Both the position numbers and the translations under genes were made by a program. DNA of 57,245 bases, filler included, from Sluysia triapertura (Eukaryota), in assembly GCA_046118255.1 (NCBI GenBank). It is 4 parts of 4 records of this genome, joined end to end, with 100 filler letters (N's around TTAATTAATTAA, not from the genome) between each part and the next. Parts side by side here need not be neighbours in the genome. Positions count along the whole stretch, not along the records: positions 42,527 to 57,245 come from JBJNIA010250754.1; 3 more parts are not named here. One strand, 5' to 3'. Below are positions 52,526 to 57,245 of this stretch, piece after piece. The notes beneath the pieces are model-generated. The model was not told where the DNA came from. It ran no database searches and worked only from the letters and a program-made list of their open reading frames with translations. The number at the start of each line of letters is the position of its first letter. The stretch's first letter is position 1.

Positions 52526-52996
52526 CTGATAATGTGCTTCTAGCCATAAAGCTTGAAGTCTTCCATGACTCACTTTACTAAATCGATGCTTTTCTATAAT
52601 GGAATACAGTTCCCGAAAATCTCCAACATGAAAAGCCACAATAGCTCTTGCACGTAAAATCGATTCTCGTCGACCTAGTCCTTCCCAGAAATGACTTCCA
52701 AACGAAGGCAATGACCAAAGAAACCTTGCTAAACGTTCTATATCTCCAGCTTCTTCTAATGTTTCACAAACTCGAGAAATTTGTTCAATCGAAAACACAT
52801 TAGTTAGTCCTGAAATGGAAGAATCTATTGCTGCTAACGAAGTAGTAGGATTTCCTGTTTGTGTTGATGATGCTGTATTTGATGGCGTAGCCGCTATAGA
52901 TACACTAGCTCCGGGCATAGATGGGTTAATATTTCTTAACATCAACAAATTGTTCATGATTTCTTTCATAGTAACAATATCCATATTAACAACCAT
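52526..52996 (-). CDS. six3: Six3/6 exon 1 (SIX domain); start codon uncertain (ATG 52996, 52984 or a later one)
   Basis: [30 protein letters not shown]...[36 protein letters not shown]; GT donor at 52525, phase 0. Confidence 0.95.
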
Positions 52997-53216
52997 ACAA
53001 AATTGTTTATAATGACAATATAAAGAATGTAAATTGTAATAAATTACTTTTTCAATAAACAACCGCAGTATTCATATAAATATAAAAGATACCATTGTTT
53101 CTATTGGTTATAGTATTTCTTTATTATAATTTGTAGATAAATTTGCGCTTTCTTGATATTTTTGAAATCACTGATGCTATTTGATGATAAAAATGAAATT
53201 TATTTTTATTTTAATG

Positions 53217-53217
<1 letters not shown>

Positions 53218-53268
<51 letters not shown>
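53218..53268. repeat. (ATT)n microsatellite upstream of Six3
   Basis: perfect run. Confidence 0.95.
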
Positions 53269-53269
<1 letters not shown>

Positions 53270-56200
53270 TGTGGTTAGTGATGATTATTGTTGAAGACTT
53301 TGATTGACGTTGTCACATTGTAATAATGATAATTGTTAAATTTATTTTAATTTGAGTTTTTTAACTAAATCTAAGTGTTGAGGTCAATATATAAAAACAT
53401 TTAATTAAGTATTGTAATTATACAAATTCTAGTTTTGAAATATTCTGTAATGTGCAGGAACATGTTTACATATATATAAAGATTGGAACCAATATATTTA
53501 TTATTCAATTAATGAATTTGTAGCAAAGAAAATTTAAGATATTATGTAACTTTAACTTCAAGATTTTAATAAAGTTTGATTTTTAATTATCATTACTCAC
53601 TTCATCTTACTTTATAACAATATTCTATACTTTAAATTTTACGAAAATACATCGAATTATAATGTTAGGCTTTATAACTATTTAATCATTAATTGTCGTG
53701 AGTATTTTTGTCTCAATTTCGCCTAATTAAATCTATATTACTTTTAGATTAATAAAACTTTTGCTTAATATATAAATTAAGTTATTAAGAAACAGCATTA
53801 TTTTAATTTTAAGTTAATTTAACTTTTTAGTTAAACATTTTTATGCTAAATTTAAATAACACCAAATTTAATAATTGAAGAAAATTGAATAAAATTGCAC
53901 AGTTTTTCTAATTTTCCATAATTTAATTTAAATAAAGTTTCATAATTTTGCAGTCTCTTTCACCAGTTATTTTAATGCTAAAATCCTCGATCAATATTCA
54001 TTAAAATTTGGTTCTGTTCGTGTCTATGTTTTTTATTCATAAAATTGTGTCATTTCTGTGGTATTTTTGTTCACAATCACTTATGGACAATAATTATTCA
54101 ATTTTCATCTCATAACTTTTTTATTACAGTGTCATGTCACTAATTTTGTGTTACTAATTTTCAACCTAGTAGGGCACACTTATTTGATAATTTTTTACAT
54201 ATATATTCAATTTATAATCAATAATATGTTAATTTTAACTTAATTTATTTTTATTTAGACAATATTTAATTATTTGGATATTTGGATAACATTTATATTT
54301 ATGTGAGTAATTAATTTTATATTTTATTTTAAAATAAATTTGTGTTTAAAAGAAAATTGATTAACATTTTTCTAAAATTTTTTTGTTTTAATAAATTAAA
54401 ATTAAATAATTAAATTAATGTCACAAAAATAATATAAAAAAACATAACTTTCACAATAAAAAATATACAATCCTTATGTACAATTCTCATATATGTCTGG
54501 ACAAGTTCTTGATAAAAGTTGTATTTATTCGCAATCAACACATATACGTTTAATCTTTGGACAAGGTTCCTGATAAACAATTCTATTTCATCTCGGTCAA
54601 ATCCTCGACACAAAATTATGCGAATTTATCGATTTATTTTGAGTATTACGTTAGTCAATTTTCTATTTTATTAGTTGTAAAATAGACTTTAACATTAACC
54701 GTTTAAATTGTTGAAGAAAAATAACTTCATAAAAATAACTTAACAAAAAATTATTACTCTTCGTATAATTTTTGCAAACTGTATAAATTCTTATTATATT
54801 AAATTCATTGATTCGGTATCTGAAATTTTTTGTTAATACATATTTATAATGTTCCTCCTATTTTTGCAGTTATAAAATCCTTATATCTTCGCGACATTTA
54901 TAAAATTACCCATTTAAGACGTTATAATCATAAAATCAAAGTTTTACAGATTATTCTTCGGAGATCTGATGTAAATTATATAGCTATAAATTGTCATTGC
55001 AAGAAGACAAAAAATAAATAGTGACACTATCGCATTACCTCTTTCAGTTATCAGTAACACATTTTTATAAACCTCCAAGAAATCTTACAGCCCTTAAGTG
55101 AGTAAGCCTAATATCGTAAAGGATTCGTGCAAAATCTAAATAAACCATTTGTATTAAGTCTTAGCAATAGTAAACTTCTTCATATTATAACAGTCTACTT
55201 CTTATATTTATAGTATGTACACACATATATATCCACTACTCATATATGTATCCTATCTTACACTGTGGTTATATAGACATTCTCCATATTTTGGTTGTGG
55301 ATTTTCTCCATATTATTATTATTCATTTTATAATTCTACATACTTGATTCAATTATATCCGCCTTGTTAGTTATCATTTCTCAATATTTCTTTTCAGCGG
55401 ATTTTTATTATTTTGTTGGAATCTACGTTTGATCCGTGTTATTTTCTGATTGCTAATCAAGTATGATGGTTACTTGCCTTCTTCTTTCATGTTCATTTTC
55501 AAATTTCTAATTTTTGCCTTGTTATTTAAAGATGTTTTGACCGCTTTTAGTTGTTTAAGAGGATATTTTCTTAATAATATCCGCATAATGATAATATATA
55601 TCAAATAAATTTATGTTTTAAGTGTTTATGGATTATTTGTTTAAAGATTTTGAAAAATTATGTTCATATAAAAATGCTGTTACACTTGGAAATAAGTAGT
55701 AAAATTAATATAATTGTTTTTTCATACATTATTGATTTAATATTAATTTTGTTTGTTTAAATAGTGTAATAATAATTTTTAACTTCATTATAAATTTTTA
55801 TAAATTTTAATATATTTAACTCTTAAATCACGTTCATTTATATTAATTTCTACAAAATATTAATGATTTTTACACAAAAAATTAAACAAAAAGAAAATTA
55901 TTAAATATTTTTATTGTTTTCGGTAATTCATTTTATATTTTTATTAATATATAATATAAATTCAAATAAATATTTTATAACATAATTTTATTGGCAATTT
56001 GATCGTATATATAAAAAGAGTAAATGATGAAAAAATACTTAATAACAATTCTAAGGAGTTTTAAAGACGATAACTCACTATTCTACTACGATTATAATAA
56101 AAAAGAGCAAGAAAACGTTCACGACGACTGTAAATGAAACAAAGTATTCGGTTATTTGATTACGATTGATACAATATATATTTGCGTATATATGATCGAG

Positions 56201-57169
56201 ATCTGACTTTTATTAGAAAGCTATTTTTAGAGAAAATAATACATAAGTTTTTTAACTATTCAAATTATAATAATTAATATGAGTAAAGATAGATCAGTTT
56301 TTGAAACAGAAGCGTTGATTTACAATTTTAAAAATGACAAAAGTCGAAATTTAACGAATTGTAAACCCTCATTAATATACCTACACGTCATATTAAGCAT
56401 AAACGGTGGAACGTAAGTGAACCCAGAACTAATTATTTGTTTAAGAAAATATATTTTATTCGGTTATCTCTATTCCATGAGAAATCATAAGTTTCGTTAA
56501 TTTAAGGTATTTCTTAAGTAAGAATTAAAATTCACTTAAAATATAAATTTGTTTTCGACTATTTTAAAGGCAGCCACAAAATCAATATTAAATTTATTGG
56601 TTAATATTTTCAATTATATATTTTCTTCTTATAAATTGTTCTGTTTGTTTCATTACCGTAGTATTTACAATTTTGTTGGATAATTATTTTATAAAGAGAT
56701 ATTTTCTAAGAAAAAAGATGTTATAAACGTGTAAACAACAATAACATAAGTATCACGTTAGAAAGCTTAGAATAAGCAGGGATCCTCTAAGATAAAAATT
56801 TTGGACATAAAAGCATAGATTAAAAAATTCCTGTAGATAAAAAACTGAATATTATAATCTTATAAGCATTATAATACGCCAACTTTTATCTTAGATAAGT
56901 TTTGTTTATTATTTCGTTAGAGTTTTTTATTTTATTTTATTTAGGTATTAAATTACTAAATTAGTACCCACTGAAATTTGTATATTTAGGATTTAAGAAG
57001 TTATGATTTTATGTAAATCTGAAAAATTATTAATCTTCCGATTGTAGGAGGAGCTTTTATGCTGAGTAATTTTTATTCCAAGTAAATGTTTTAATCATTT
57101 TTATTCTCGATGATATCTCTAAATTTGTTTCTAATGTCGTTTTTTGTTATTAAAATATTCAATAAATAA

Positions 57170-57245
57170 TACTCCCTCTGTCCGAAAATAAGAGTCCCAT
57201 TTCAATTTTACTGTGATTTTCGAGATTAAAATAACTGATGAAAAT
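57170..57245 (+). mobile_element. Tc1/mariner (Stowaway-like) MITE terminus at the window edge
   Basis: TA + CTCCCTCTGTCC, the characteristic Stowaway-type TIR start. Confidence 0.55.

Overview
Very AT-rich animal genomic DNA. I infer a planarian-type flatworm from composition, (ATT)n microsatellites and the Six3 sequence; this is not proven. The window is four contigs (1-13204, 13305-28403, 28504-42426, 42527-57245) joined by artificial 100-bp N44-TTAATTAATTAA-N44 linkers, so adjacency across gaps is not guaranteed. Two host genes flank it: the last three exons of an Endophilin-A gene (+, 2567-8601) and a complete three-exon Six3/6 (optix-class) homeobox gene (-, 49370-52996). The middle holds a decayed Ty3/Gypsy gag-pol with CsRn1-type CHCC knuckles, then a PPT and an approximately 1.1-kb LTR-like unit. 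That unit recurs at 38181, and both copies end in the same two stem-loops. Around both copies are dense, intronless, partly decayed ORFs. Two look like captured chromatin modules: an LSD2/KDM1B zinc-finger/CW/SWIRM fragment with no intact FAD-binding motif (39407-40452) and an ATRX/DNMT3 ADD-type all-Cys PHD finger protein (35070-36323). Others are a small type-I membrane protein and orphan ORF families shared between the two blocks. Working hypothesis: a giant, cargo-carrying Gypsy element with chromatin-reader (possibly anti-silencing) genes. Also present are a 140-160 bp TG...CA element with an internal tRNA-like Pol III cassette (3 copies), a LicD pseudogene and several MITEs. All protein-family calls are by eye; no searches were run.
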